A DNA stretch of 64,000 nucleotides, taken from sequence record NZ_CP145666.1; one strand, given 5' to 3'. Both the position numbers and the translations under genes were made by a program. The notes beneath the pieces were generated by a model. That model was not told where the DNA came from and ran no database searches. It was given only the letters and a program-made list of their open reading frames with translations. Below, in pieces: positions 1-9,460 of the stretch (its first letter is position 1; each line of letters starts with the position of its first letter). This DNA comes from a plasmid.

Positions 1-551
1 AGATCACGAATGAGATTATGAAGACGAGACTTAAACTCCTCGACCTCATCCTGATTAAAACAGTTATTTAACCAGAGGGTATCGATGATCTGGTGCAATT
101 TATCAAAGTTCTGAATAATGCGGATAACCCGCAGCGCTTGCGGCGTTCTGATGCGAACCTCATGTTCTTTTGGATGGGTATACCCGACTTCATTGAGGCT
201 GCTGCGTTCTTCTTCTTCTTTTACCGCACGGTTCAGAATAGCAATGTTATTTTCCAGTTCTTTCTCAGGCATGTCGATTACTTCGTTAACCGCCTTCAGT
301 GTACGTTCAATCGCACCACTGTATTTAGTGCCAAGCCGTTCAAGGGCTCGGCTGTTATTGGTCAGATTGAAGAGAGCCTGGGAGATAATGTTAAAATTAC
401 GGGACTGTACCCGAATACCTTCCTGGGTGTGAAGAGTAAATTTCACGACAGCTTCAGGATTGGAATATTCGACACGAGAGTTAGGGGTTCGGTTATCCTG
501 AGCCCCACTCTTTTTAGCTTGTTTTACGGTTTGTACCGGTGCTTTAGCCAT
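1..551 (-). CDS. hypothetical protein, 5' part only (C-terminus beyond window start); N-term MAKAPVQTVKQAKK
   Basis: Open minus-strand frame from ATG at 549-551 to the window edge, with GAGGT SD 7 nt upstream. The plus-strand ORFs 93-590 and 118-432 are antisense to it and low-complexity. Confidence 0.5.
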   Translation of the reverse strand, partial: MAKAPVQTVKQAKKSGAQDNRTPNSRVEYSNPEAVVKFTLHTQEGIRVQSRNFNIISQALFNLTNNSRALERLGTKYSGAIERTLKAVNEVIDMPEKELENNIAILNRAVKEEEERSSLNEVGYTHPKEHEVRIRTPQALRVIRIIQNFDKLHQIIDTLWLNNCFNQDEVEEFKSRLHNLIRD

Positions 552-988
552 AACAGAACCTCGGAGTTAATTTGTATGCCAATTGATTAGGCCAAAACTC
601 AGGATAGTTGTCATTGAAAAATGGCTGCAATATGACCATGAAAAACCGACTTGAAAAATTAAACCAATATGCTTAAATGAATAAGAACCGAGCTGACGGA
701 CATCAGCACAACTTCCTAGTTAATTTCGCGCTCAACCAGCGCCCACCGGATGACCTCCTCCCGGGTTAACTACGCCTTCTACAGGCCCGAGCATCTCTGA
801 TGTGTTTAGGTTAAACCTGACATGTCTCTTTGCTTACCCAAACGGGTATTTTGGTTCTCAATCCCAAACAAAAAAAATTGTTAATCCTTTTAACTCCAGC
901 GAATCAACAGATGTGCAGTTTTGTGTACATCCGTTTAGTTTACCTTTTAGGTAGCTAAATTTTCGCATTCTAAATTTATAGGTGATCT

Positions 989-1600
989 ATGTCTGACCCA
1001 ATCTCATTAATGGCAGGTATCGTATTTTTTGGTGCTGTGTATTACCGTGCCGAATATATCAGATTCCTTGGCCCAATCTGGCTGGCAATTTTTATAACGG
1101 AACGCGGTTTACTGTTCACTGGTCTCGGTTTTGTTACCGCGACTGTATGTGTAGTTGTTGCTTTACTCGTTATTTATAATTCATTCTTTACCAAGTCTGG
1201 GAAAAAATCTAATGAAGCAACTAATGGAAACATGGTTGAAGGTGTTTCTCGGGCTGGGTCAAATAATGACAAAGCCAAATATGCAAACCATCGTTTTGAA
1301 GGAAAGCTTGTTTACCACGGTCTCGAAAACTGGAAACACGATCCTAATAACGATAAATCGTATTTAGTCACAATACGTAGTGGTGGGAAAGACCATGAAA
1401 TTTGGGCTGTTGGGCTCAAAAATGCTGTTGAGACTTGTGGAGCACAAGTTGGTGATATTGTTTCAGTCTGGAAAGAGTCTGAAGTAAGAACCGACAAAGC
1501 ACAAGTGTTTGACGAAAGCGGTAAGGTTACAGGGTATCGTACTCTCCTTAACGAAAAACGTCGCGGCATTTGGGTTATGCAAGTACTCGCCGAAAGCTAA
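989..1600 (+). CDS. membrane-anchored hypothetical protein (203 aa, 2 N-terminal TM helices)
   Basis: ATG preceded by TAAATTTATAGGTGATCT RBS module; hydrophobic N-terminus and soluble C-terminal domain. Confidence 0.55.
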   Translation: MSDPISLMAGIVFFGAVYYRAEYIRFLGPIWLAIFITERGLLFTGLGFVTATVCVVVALLVIYNSFFTKSGKKSNEATNGNMVEGVSRAGSNNDKAKYANHRFEGKLVYHGLENWKHDPNNDKSYLVTIRSGGKDHEIWAVGLKNAVETCGAQVGDIVSVWKESEVRTDKAQVFDESGKVTGYRTLLNEKRRGIWVMQVLAES

Positions 1601-1662
1601 AATATTCTTAATTCAGGCTATAAGCCTTAACTTTTTAATCTTTTAAATATATGAGGTATATT

Positions 1663-2163
1663 ATGACAATTGTCTATGGTAGTAGCATTGAGCCGGGTGG
1701 TATGGAACTGGATGATTACACAATGATTGCAGAGTGTGAAAATTGTGGGAAAGACTGCCGACATCGGATTTATGAAGACTGTGTTGCAGGGGCAATAAAC
1801 CAGAGATTCTCTTATACGTGTAATCACTGCGGTTATCATTCCTGTAACGCTGAAGTATGTGACGTATGCGATAGCATCGAATGCGAAGAACATGCTGGTC
1901 GTTATCAGTCTAATATTTTCTTCGAAATGCATGAGCTCATTGAGCTCATGAAAATAGAGGGAGATATACTGGCAATCAGAGCAAAAATCAATGTAGGCGC
2001 TCACGACTTTGGAGATCTTTCAAAGTTAGATGATTGCCTGCATAGGCTCACCTTTCCAGGTTACTATGAACGGCGAAATACTGATCTCTATAAAGAGATA
2101 TCAGATGCTTCAACCGACATGGCAATCCAAACATGGAAGCGTCTGGAACGCTTGTTATGCTAA
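1663..2163 (+). CDS. Cys-rich putative zinc-binding protein (166 aa)
   Basis: GAGGTATAT-T-ATG module; multiple CxxC pairs (CENCGKDC, CNHCGYHSC, CDVCDSIEC). Confidence 0.5.
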   Translation: MTIVYGSSIEPGGMELDDYTMIAECENCGKDCRHRIYEDCVAGAINQRFSYTCNHCGYHSCNAEVCDVCDSIECEEHAGRYQSNIFFEMHELIELMKIEGDILAIRAKINVGAHDFGDLSKLDDCLHRLTFPGYYERRNTDLYKEISDASTDMAIQTWKRLERLLC

Positions 2164-2176
2164 ACCTCCCTATAAA

Positions 2177-2202
2177 AACCCAGCGAAAGCTGGGTTTTTT
2201 TC
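2177..2202 (+). terminator. intrinsic terminator
   Basis: AACCCAGCGAAAGCTGGGTT hairpin followed by T7. Confidence 0.6.
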
Positions 2203-2211
2203 TTTTCTGGA

Positions 2212-2240
2212 TTGACCAACCAAACGTCGTATCATAATCT
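2212..2240 (+). promoter_or_regulatory. sigma70-like promoter TTGACC-17-TAATCT at the head of repeated leader element copy 1
   Basis: Hexamers and spacing read directly; the same arrangement recurs at 6131-6159. Confidence 0.45.
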
Positions 2241-2529
2241 TATATCGCGGGCATCCCGCTTAACTTCTTTTAACACTCTTTATTTCGGCAACGCGCCATC
2301 CCTGAATGAATAAGTTCATTCGCACGGCTTCCCTACGCCCATAGAATTCGACACACGGTGCATCATGCATCGTGTTTTCTGCGCCGTCGAAAAAGGTGTT
2401 TTTCCTCTTGTTGAGGATACAGTGAGTCCAGCACTCTAACTGGATGCTTCACAAATCTTTCTAATTTTTGTGCCTATAGCACTAAATCATTTTAACTTTT
2501 TTAATTTAAAAATTTATGAGGTATAAACT

Positions 2530-3294
2530 ATGCAATCCAGAGCAAAGGGTATTGTTGCGATAGAACCTAAATATGTGCCTGCATCTAACAATGCAGATTC
2601 ATATATTTATTTCCGTTTGCGCTGTGACATGTCCATTAGCGGCAAGTCTCAGACCGAGTTCTATTCGATAAAAGCATTTGGTAAAGTCGCGGATTTTCTA
2701 CGCGATAATATTCAAATGAATACCGAACTGTATATCGAAGCATTAGCTCGATCATTCCGTTATACAAAACATGGTATTGACCAAATGAGGACTGAGTTTC
2801 ATGTTTTCATGGCTCGAATCATTCAGACTGGTCAATCAATAGATACCCGTGCAAATGAAACTGTAAAGCCACCATCTACATCAACCGTCACTTCGCTATC
2901 CCCTCAAGTAGCGCAAAAACTTAAGGACGATATGAAGTGGCAGAAAATGTCTGATGAAGAGGTAAGAACTGCTTCTGAAAAATGGAGAACAGTATATGCC
3001 GAGCAAAAGCAGCTGCACCCTGGAAAAGAGTCTGTATCACCAGACAACAATAAAAATTCAGTAGAGAAGATACCAGAAGCTTCGCCGAAGCTGGATGCTA
3101 AGAATAGAGCCGTGCAGACATCACGTCCGCAAGCCGCAACCTCTAAGCACCCTGTCAACATGCAAGCCTGGACAAATCTGCCAGCCGATAATTCGACAGC
3201 AGCCGTTATTGTAGCTCGTATGAAACTTAATGAAAAATTAAGCTCCTCCGGGCAAGTAACTTTAACTAACGCATATTCATCAGTTCGCGGTTGA
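2530..3294 (+). CDS. ssb: OB-fold single-stranded DNA-binding protein-like (254 aa, non-canonical C-terminus)
   Basis: The N-terminal 100 aa align by eye to the SSB OB fold (TEFYSIKAFGKVADFL...ELYIEALARSFRY versus TEWHRVVLFGKLAEV...QVYIEGQLRTRKW). The gene lies immediately upstream of the recT/exo pair. Confidence 0.45.
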   Translation: MQSRAKGIVAIEPKYVPASNNADSYIYFRLRCDMSISGKSQTEFYSIKAFGKVADFLRDNIQMNTELYIEALARSFRYTKHGIDQMRTEFHVFMARIIQTGQSIDTRANETVKPPSTSTVTSLSPQVAQKLKDDMKWQKMSDEEVRTASEKWRTVYAEQKQLHPGKESVSPDNNKNSVEKIPEASPKLDAKNRAVQTSRPQAATSKHPVNMQAWTNLPADNSTAAVIVARMKLNEKLSSSGQVTLTNAYSSVRG

Positions 3295-3301
3295 TATGAC
3301 T

Positions 3302-3336
3302 GGTTGCTGATTCCTCAGCAACCTTCTTCTTTTTTA
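3302..3336 (+). terminator. intrinsic terminator or attenuator
   Basis: GGTTGCTGATTCCTCAGCAACC hairpin plus T-rich tract. Confidence 0.5.
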
Positions 3337-3369
3337 ATCTTATAATTTATTTAATTTAATGAGGTATAT

Positions 3370-4926
3370 ATGTACTCAAATAAATCACGTAGTTCTGGTT
3401 CATTCTCAAACAACAATAAAGGGAACACCGATATTGTCGTTAAGATAGACAGCATTGCTCGACATATGTTGTCGCTCGAAAAGATGTTTGCATCCGCAGG
3501 TTCCAGTTCACCTCACATCTCATTCGAACGTGAATGCGTTTTTGCAAAACATATTGTCAACAATAATAACTACTTGGCTGACATAGCAGTTAATAATCCA
3601 AAGTCCTTCGAAACAGCATTCCTTCAGCTTGCAAGTAGCGGCCTTACTCTTGACCCGGCGCAGAAGCAGGCTTACCTGGTTCCACGCGATGGTCGTGTCA
3701 TTCTTGACGTGTCCTATATTGGGCTCAGCAGGATGGCCACCGATGAAGGTTTATGCGAAGACATTGTGGCTGAATTAGTTTTTGAAAAGGACTCATTTAA
3801 AACCAATGGTCGTCGTTCCAGCCCAGACCACGAATTTGACCCCTTTGCTTATAAAGGGGGACTCGTTCTCACAAACACCGATCAGGGTGCTTTAGGAGAT
3901 CGAGGCATGTTCAGGGGGGCTTATGTCGACTATTTAATGAAGGATGGACGTCATCTGGTATTTTTCATTGACCTTCAGGATTTAGCTCAATCTCGGGCGA
4001 AATCCGAATCTTGGGCAAAAGTGGAGAAACGGCAGTATTCACCGTGGACTCAGTTCCCTTGGAAGATGGTGCTCAAGTCAGCTATTAAGCAGACCATACA
4101 CTTAATTCCTGGTAACCGTACTCGCCTGAGTTCAATGATTGAATATCTGAACACTGCTGGTGGTGAAGGTTTCCGTACAGCAACAATACCCGTCGCAGCT
4201 GCTGAAGCTGAAATGGAGGTTAGACAAGAAGCCAGGACGGCTGGTAATACGGATACTACAATCCGAACTGCAAAGTCTGATGATAAAGTTATTGAAGGTG
4301 AGTTTAATAAGCTCCCTGAAGAACCTGATTCAACCGAGCAGCAGGACATCAAGAGCAATACACCAACCGATGTTTACGATACGGCTGAGGGAAATACACC
4401 TCCAGCTGACGTAAATGGTTCGGCTGATGATATTCTCCCTCCACCCGGAGAAACCAATGGGCAGTCCAATGAAGAAATGTCTGAGCATCCCGGGGTCAGA
4501 AAATGGGCTGAACGCAGAATTAAAAAGTTAGTAAGCCGGGCAGAAAAGACGCTTGGATACGAAACTATTTTAAACGATGCAAAAAGCAGTTTCGATCTGA
4601 ATGAAAGTGAGCTGGCATTCGCTCGCTTATCTTTAGAAAAATCCCGTCGGTCACTTCTCAAAAATCATTTAACTAACGCAGTAGGTAGCTTCGATTTTAC
4701 TCAAGTACTTAACTTCATCGAAAAAATGGGTAAGGGTGAGTTTAAAACCGACGCGGCCAAATGGGTCGGTGAAGTCCAAGCCGAATCAATGGAAATACAC
4801 AAGTTATATCTTGAGGCTGTTAATACATCTGATTTTGTGAGGCTCAATGCCGCTCTCAACAATGTGACATTTCCCCCTCTAAAAGAAATGGTAGAAGGTC
4901 TTATTGAAGATCTTCTGGCCGCTTAA
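3370..4926 (+). CDS. recT: RecT/Bet-family single-strand annealing protein with long C-terminal extension (518 aa)
   Basis: Core FLQLASSGLTLDPAQKQAYLVPRDGRVILDVSYIGL matches the RecT family pattern. The 250-aa C-terminal tail is acidic/Pro-rich followed by a helical domain. Confidence 0.65.
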   Translation: MYSNKSRSSGSFSNNNKGNTDIVVKIDSIARHMLSLEKMFASAGSSSPHISFERECVFAKHIVNNNNYLADIAVNNPKSFETAFLQLASSGLTLDPAQKQAYLVPRDGRVILDVSYIGLSRMATDEGLCEDIVAELVFEKDSFKTNGRRSSPDHEFDPFAYKGGLVLTNTDQGALGDRGMFRGAYVDYLMKDGRHLVFFIDLQDLAQSRAKSESWAKVEKRQYSPWTQFPWKMVLKSAIKQTIHLIPGNRTRLSSMIEYLNTAGGEGFRTATIPVAAAEAEMEVRQEARTAGNTDTTIRTAKSDDKVIEGEFNKLPEEPDSTEQQDIKSNTPTDVYDTAEGNTPPADVNGSADDILPPPGETNGQSNEEMSEHPGVRKWAERRIKKLVSRAEKTLGYETILNDAKSSFDLNESELAFARLSLEKSRRSLLKNHLTNAVGSFDFTQVLNFIEKMGKGEFKTDAAKWVGEVQAESMEIHKLYLEAVNTSDFVRLNAALNNVTFPPLKEMVEGLIEDLLAA

Positions 4927-4983
4927 CTTATCCGGCAGGAAACTGCCGGTTTAACTTTCTAAATTTATCTTAAGGTGATCATT

Positions 4984-6093
4984 ATGTCTGACATTTATGA
5001 AGTCGTTGATGTTGTGCAGGGCTCAAAGGAATGGCTCGAATGGCGTAAAACTGGTGTGACAGCAACATGCTCCCCTATTCTGTTAGAGGAGGCTGGTGCA
5101 ACTAAAACGCCCTACGAACTCTATTTGCAATACGCTGGCCTGATTAAGGCAGAAGACCTTTCTGTCATTAAACAGGTTGATGCTGGTAAAAAGCTTGAAG
5201 CACTTGCCAGAAGTTACTGCGAAAAAGAGATTGGACAAATCGCCCTGCCTTTCTGTGTAAGGAACAAAAAGTATCCTTACATGATTGCTTCGCTGGATGG
5301 GCAGTTCGACGATGGTTCAATCCTTGAGATAAAGAATCTTTGCGAGAGCAAACATCTTTCTATTCTTCAGCTTGAAACCAAATCGCCAGAATTCCGTTAT
5401 TACTACTGGCAAGTTCAGCACCAGCTGCTGACAACAGGCGCACCCCAGGCGTATCTTGTGTTTTGGTCGGCCACTGACCAGACCAAGGTCTTTAAAATTA
5501 TGCCTTCGAAGAAAGCGTTTTATCGAGTCCAGGTTGCCTGCGAATACTTCTGGAATAAGGTTCAGACAAAAACAGCTCTACCGTTTGATAAGGAAAAAGA
5601 TATTTTGCTTATCTCTGACCCTGAAATCATGTCTCAGACACAAGGCTTTAAGCTTCCAGACGACCTCGAAGCTCGTGTGGTAGACATAGCCAGACAAGTT
5701 GGAACATTGCAGCAGATGGAGAAAGAGTTGGCTTTAAAGAAAAAGCAGTTCGAAGAATACCAGAACGCGGTCAATTTATTGATCCAGGGTCTAGGTGCTT
5801 CTATTGGCTTTTCCTATAACGAGCTGGTTAGAATCGATGGCTTTGGCTTTCGTTTTCTTCAGTCTCGCGTACCGGAAAAACCGAGCTACAAACGAATCTG
5901 CGATAAATTATCTATTGACCCCAAACATCATCCAGAATGTTACGGTCAGTCATCGGTACGAAATTCGTTAAGTACCTATGAATATAAATCAACTCTGACT
6001 GATACTGTCTACATTCCTTTGGATGACACTTCCGTACTGGTATCTCCTGGTGCAGAAGAGACAGACTCAGCCCAACAATACGTTGTTTTTTAA
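4984..6093 (+). CDS. YqaJ/lambda-Exo-like PD-(D/E)xK recombination exonuclease (369 aa)
   Basis: N-terminal QGSKEWLEWRKTGVTATCSPILL is the YqaJ signature. The AAGGTGA SD sits 5 nt before ATG 4984; the track start at 4975 is a GTG inside the SD. Confidence 0.65.
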   Translation: MSDIYEVVDVVQGSKEWLEWRKTGVTATCSPILLEEAGATKTPYELYLQYAGLIKAEDLSVIKQVDAGKKLEALARSYCEKEIGQIALPFCVRNKKYPYMIASLDGQFDDGSILEIKNLCESKHLSILQLETKSPEFRYYYWQVQHQLLTTGAPQAYLVFWSATDQTKVFKIMPSKKAFYRVQVACEYFWNKVQTKTALPFDKEKDILLISDPEIMSQTQGFKLPDDLEARVVDIARQVGTLQQMEKELALKKKQFEEYQNAVNLLIQGLGASIGFSYNELVRIDGFGFRFLQSRVPEKPSYKRICDKLSIDPKHHPECYGQSSVRNSLSTYEYKSTLTDTVYIPLDDTSVLVSPGAEETDSAQQYVVF

Positions 6094-6098
6094 TTATT

Positions 6099-6129
6099 GA
6101 GCCCAGTTTAAAACTGGGCTTTTTTTTTG
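6099..6129 (+). terminator. intrinsic terminator
   Basis: GAGCCCAGTTTAAAACTGGGCT hairpin plus T9. Confidence 0.65.
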
Positions 6130-6130
6130 C

Positions 6131-6159
6131 TTGACCAATTACACATCCTTTATTATCTT
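6131..6159 (+). promoter_or_regulatory. sigma70-like promoter TTGACC-17-TATCTT at the head of repeated leader element copy 2
   Basis: Paralogous to 2212-2240, and the downstream leader shares blocks with copy 1. Confidence 0.45.
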
Positions 6160-6464
6160 TAAATAGCGGCTTAGTCCGCTTAACTTCAGGCAACTGCCTT
6201 TAAACACCTTCTAAATTCGGCGCTCAAGCCACTCCTGAATACCTCCTGGTATTCACAAGGATTTCTTTCGCCTAAACAAATTCGATAGCCTGCGGCTCTC
6301 ATAAGCGGCAGGCTTTTTTGTCCGTCGAAAAAGGTGTTTTGTTGTCACGTAGACAACAACAAGTGCCTCAGTCACTCCCAAACTGAAACTAGTACCTAAC
6401 TTCAGCCTTCATGCAAGGCCTAATTCATCTAATTCACTAATCTTTTTAAATGAGGAGTCTGATC

Positions 6465-6842
6465 ATGTTTCTTGTAAATATGACTGCATATCTTGCATCC
6501 CCAGAACAACGGGAAATGGGCGTTATTGATGTCGATCAGCAAGTATCACACGCATTACGTGAACTGTTGACCTTTAATACCTGTCCTTCAGAAGATGTTA
6601 TGACCGATAAAGCTAAAGAATTTGCTGAAATCGCTACATCACTCTGTAATAAATATAAGGCTGATGGTGTACTTGTTTATGCCAAAACCTATTTTATGCC
6701 TGTTCTGGTCTCTGCATTGAGAGCCAGAGGCATCGTTTCTTATGTAACGTATGCACCAAAGGTTACCAGTGTTGATAACAGTGGCAGTGTTAGCCGCAAT
6801 TATAAGCATGTCGATTTAGTACGTGCTGATATTGCTGCATAA
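6465..6842 (+). CDS. hypothetical protein (125 aa)
   Basis: GAGGAG SD 7 nt before ATG 6465. Confidence 0.45.
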   Translation: MFLVNMTAYLASPEQREMGVIDVDQQVSHALRELLTFNTCPSEDVMTDKAKEFAEIATSLCNKYKADGVLVYAKTYFMPVLVSALRARGIVSYVTYAPKVTSVDNSGSVSRNYKHVDLVRADIAA

Positions 6843-6901
6843 CATCATTCTTCTTAATTAATTTTTAATTTTTAAATCTATCTAATTTAATGAGGTATAT
6901 C

Positions 6902-7981
6902 ATGACTACTAATTTCGCAAACCTGTCTGTTGAAATCATGGCGCGCTCTACACCTGTCCACCCTTCTGTATTTGGTATTGTTGTTCCAGATCATCAGATG
7001 GATAAAGTTAAACCGTTCCAGGGATTTGACTCAGCCAATCCATTTAGTGCATTCGTGCCTAAACAGAATGACGACTATGTTTTTGAAGCGTATTTGCGTT
7101 CATCTGTACTGATGTGGATTAACTATCCACAAAATCAGTCTCTGTGGATCTCTGGCCCAACAGGTTGTGGCAAAACCAGTGTTGTCGAACAAGTAGCAGC
7201 AAGACTTAACTGGCCTGTCATGAAAACTACAGCTTCACAAGACCTGGATATTAACAATCTCATTGGCGGTCTCCGGCTTCAGTGTAATGAACTGACCGGT
7301 GATACCAAGACTGTTTTTGTTCATGGCCCACTGACGCTGGCGTACAAGTATGGACTGATTTTCCTACTCGATGAGTACGATCAATTAGACCCATCCTGTG
7401 CCAATGCCTTTAACGCCATCCTCGAAGGAGGGAATTTAGTTATTCCTGAAACCAACGAGGTAATTAAACAGCACCCGAACTTCAGATTTGTTGCAACGGC
7501 TAACTCAATTGGTCAGGGCGATTTTACTGGCGTTTATGGCGGTGTGAAAACATTAAATGTGGCCAACCTTGACCGCTATATGTTTATCACTGCTGACTAT
7601 ATGCCAAAAGAAACCGAGACTAAATTGATTACCAAATATATCCCCGACACCAAAGTCGCGGAGAAATTTGTTGACGTTGCGAATATGATTCGCGGTCTTT
7701 TTGTAGGCAAGAATATCACCGGTGAAATTGACACTAGTGTCAATACTAACAGTGCAAAACTCCCGGACGGTGTTCTTCCCGACACTCGTTTATCAGTAAC
7801 GTGTTCAACTCGTTCGCTGGTGGCCTGGCTTGACCGCTACTCAATGATGAAAGCTGCAAAGATGCCACGTGCATTATTAACAGCTTTCGATTATCAGATT
7901 GGTAATCGTGCATCAGCAGATGATAAAAAATCTTTGCATCTCATCGTTGAAGCTGTATTCGGTTCTGAAGCACTTAAATAA
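6902..7981 (+). CDS. MoxR/CobS-like AAA+ ATPase (359 aa)
   Basis: Walker A GPTGCGKTS, Walker B LIFLLDEYD, sensor region FRFVATAN; GAGGTATAT-C-ATG module. Confidence 0.7.
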   Translation: MTTNFANLSVEIMARSTPVHPSVFGIVVPDHQMDKVKPFQGFDSANPFSAFVPKQNDDYVFEAYLRSSVLMWINYPQNQSLWISGPTGCGKTSVVEQVAARLNWPVMKTTASQDLDINNLIGGLRLQCNELTGDTKTVFVHGPLTLAYKYGLIFLLDEYDQLDPSCANAFNAILEGGNLVIPETNEVIKQHPNFRFVATANSIGQGDFTGVYGGVKTLNVANLDRYMFITADYMPKETETKLITKYIPDTKVAEKFVDVANMIRGLFVGKNITGEIDTSVNTNSAKLPDGVLPDTRLSVTCSTRSLVAWLDRYSMMKAAKMPRALLTAFDYQIGNRASADDKKSLHLIVEAVFGSEALK

Positions 7982-8002
7982 AACCCCGCTTGGGGTTTTT
8001 TA
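7982..8002 (+). terminator. intrinsic terminator
   Basis: AACCCCGCTTGGGGTT hairpin plus T6. Confidence 0.6.
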
Positions 8003-8040
8003 ATTCTTTTTAAATCAATTTTAAATTAATGAGGTATGTC

Positions 8041-9396
8041 ATGACTATCAAATCCAATGCCACTCAGGTTCTGGAACAACTTATTCTCGTTTCTCTTTCT
8101 GATATCACCAGTATTAGTGGTCGTCGTAAGCTGAAAAGAGAAGATCTTGGTAACAGTGCTGATTTGCCACCTGATGTACTTGTTTCATTAGGTAGCAAGA
8201 AAATCATTGACCCACAACTCATCAATCCATTTACCCGCAAGAAGAATTCAGCTCACGCTTTATGTCTTGAAGCGGGTATTAAATTTATGGGAGGCTATGC
8301 AATTCCAGCCGACAAGGTTAATGATTTAATTGGTAAACTGAATGTACTTAAGGGCGAGTTTTACGATTACAAAAAGGAATTTATGAAAGCTGATTTTAAT
8401 AGCTGGATTAATTCTTTTGAAGAAAAGTATCGCTCTATACTTTTGCGTGATGCTGCGATCGATTTGTCTTATATGGATAGCCAGATACAATTTGGCTTTA
8501 CTGCGATTCATATCACACCTTATGGTAACAGTGTCATTCAGGATGGTTTAACTGGGCAAGTTAAAAGTTTAGCGGATGAAGTTTATGAGGATGTGGCTGA
8601 TGTTGTTGAAGGTTTCCTTAAAAACAGGAACCCCGATGCGTTTTCTCAGCACACACTAAATCCTTTACGCCGCTGCGGCGATAAACTCGCTTCCCTAGCT
8701 TTCATCGCACCAAGCGTCCAGTCTCTTAGCGACTATGTTAATCAGGTAATGAAAGACATTCCGCTAACCGGCAAAGTGACGGGCAAACCTTATAACGACA
8801 TTCTCTCTCTCCTCAATAACCTACGCGACCCAATTCATGCAAAACAGTTTGTAGAACTGCTGTCATCAGCCAGTACTACAGATGGTAACGATGCGATTGA
8901 CCCATCACTTTCAATGAACCTTATTGGAGATGATGATGCCATGACTTTAGCGGCCATTTCGGCAACTCAGGTTCAGGTAGAAACGCTTCCTCCTCCGCAT
9001 ACAGATGCGTTTGCATCTGCTGTGGTAGTAGAAGATCCGATCGGATTGCAAAGCGTTGATTCACTCGCTGAAGCCCCATCTGTTCTGGTAGAAATCAATG
9101 GTTCAGCTGATACGTCTTTGGCAATCGAACCGGTTAATACGTCGGCTGATACTGACGTTAACGACTTGTCCGATACCCAGGAGCATGGAATTGTTAATGA
9201 CGCTGTAATACCGGCGTTTAGTGCGGTTATGGTCGATGATGATTCATTTTTGGGCGGTGATTCGATTGTACCCCGCTCTCTGCCAGACTCAGCTCTTATT
9301 TCGGGTTTGGATTCTGAAAAAGTCATTGATGGAAAAGAGCCTGAAATTGTAATTTCGTCTTCACTCGATGATGACGAAACAATAATGGTGTTTTAA
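8041..9396 (+). CDS. hypothetical protein with highly acidic Asp/Ser-rich C-terminal tail (451 aa)
   Basis: GAGGTATGT-C-ATG module; the gene sits between the AAA ATPase and the vWA protein. Confidence 0.5.
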   Translation: MTIKSNATQVLEQLILVSLSDITSISGRRKLKREDLGNSADLPPDVLVSLGSKKIIDPQLINPFTRKKNSAHALCLEAGIKFMGGYAIPADKVNDLIGKLNVLKGEFYDYKKEFMKADFNSWINSFEEKYRSILLRDAAIDLSYMDSQIQFGFTAIHITPYGNSVIQDGLTGQVKSLADEVYEDVADVVEGFLKNRNPDAFSQHTLNPLRRCGDKLASLAFIAPSVQSLSDYVNQVMKDIPLTGKVTGKPYNDILSLLNNLRDPIHAKQFVELLSSASTTDGNDAIDPSLSMNLIGDDDAMTLAAISATQVQVETLPPPHTDAFASAVVVEDPIGLQSVDSLAEAPSVLVEINGSADTSLAIEPVNTSADTDVNDLSDTQEHGIVNDAVIPAFSAVMVDDDSFLGGDSIVPRSLPDSALISGLDSEKVIDGKEPEIVISSSLDDDETIMVF

Positions 9397-9403
9397 AAAT
9401 AAA

Positions 9404-9427
9404 AGGCCCACTCCGGGCCTTTTTTCT
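9404..9427 (+). terminator. intrinsic terminator
   Basis: AGGCCCACTCCGGGCCT hairpin plus T6. Confidence 0.6.
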
Positions 9428-9460
9428 AATTAATCTATTTAAATTTATTGTGAGGTATAT

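Noticed and set aside
93-590. Plus-strand ORFs 93-590 (165 aa) and 118-432 (104 aa)
   Set aside because: They lie antisense to the better-supported minus-strand gene 1-551, which has an SD and a non-repetitive sequence. The plus-strand products are low-complexity (FFFFFY, SSSSFT).
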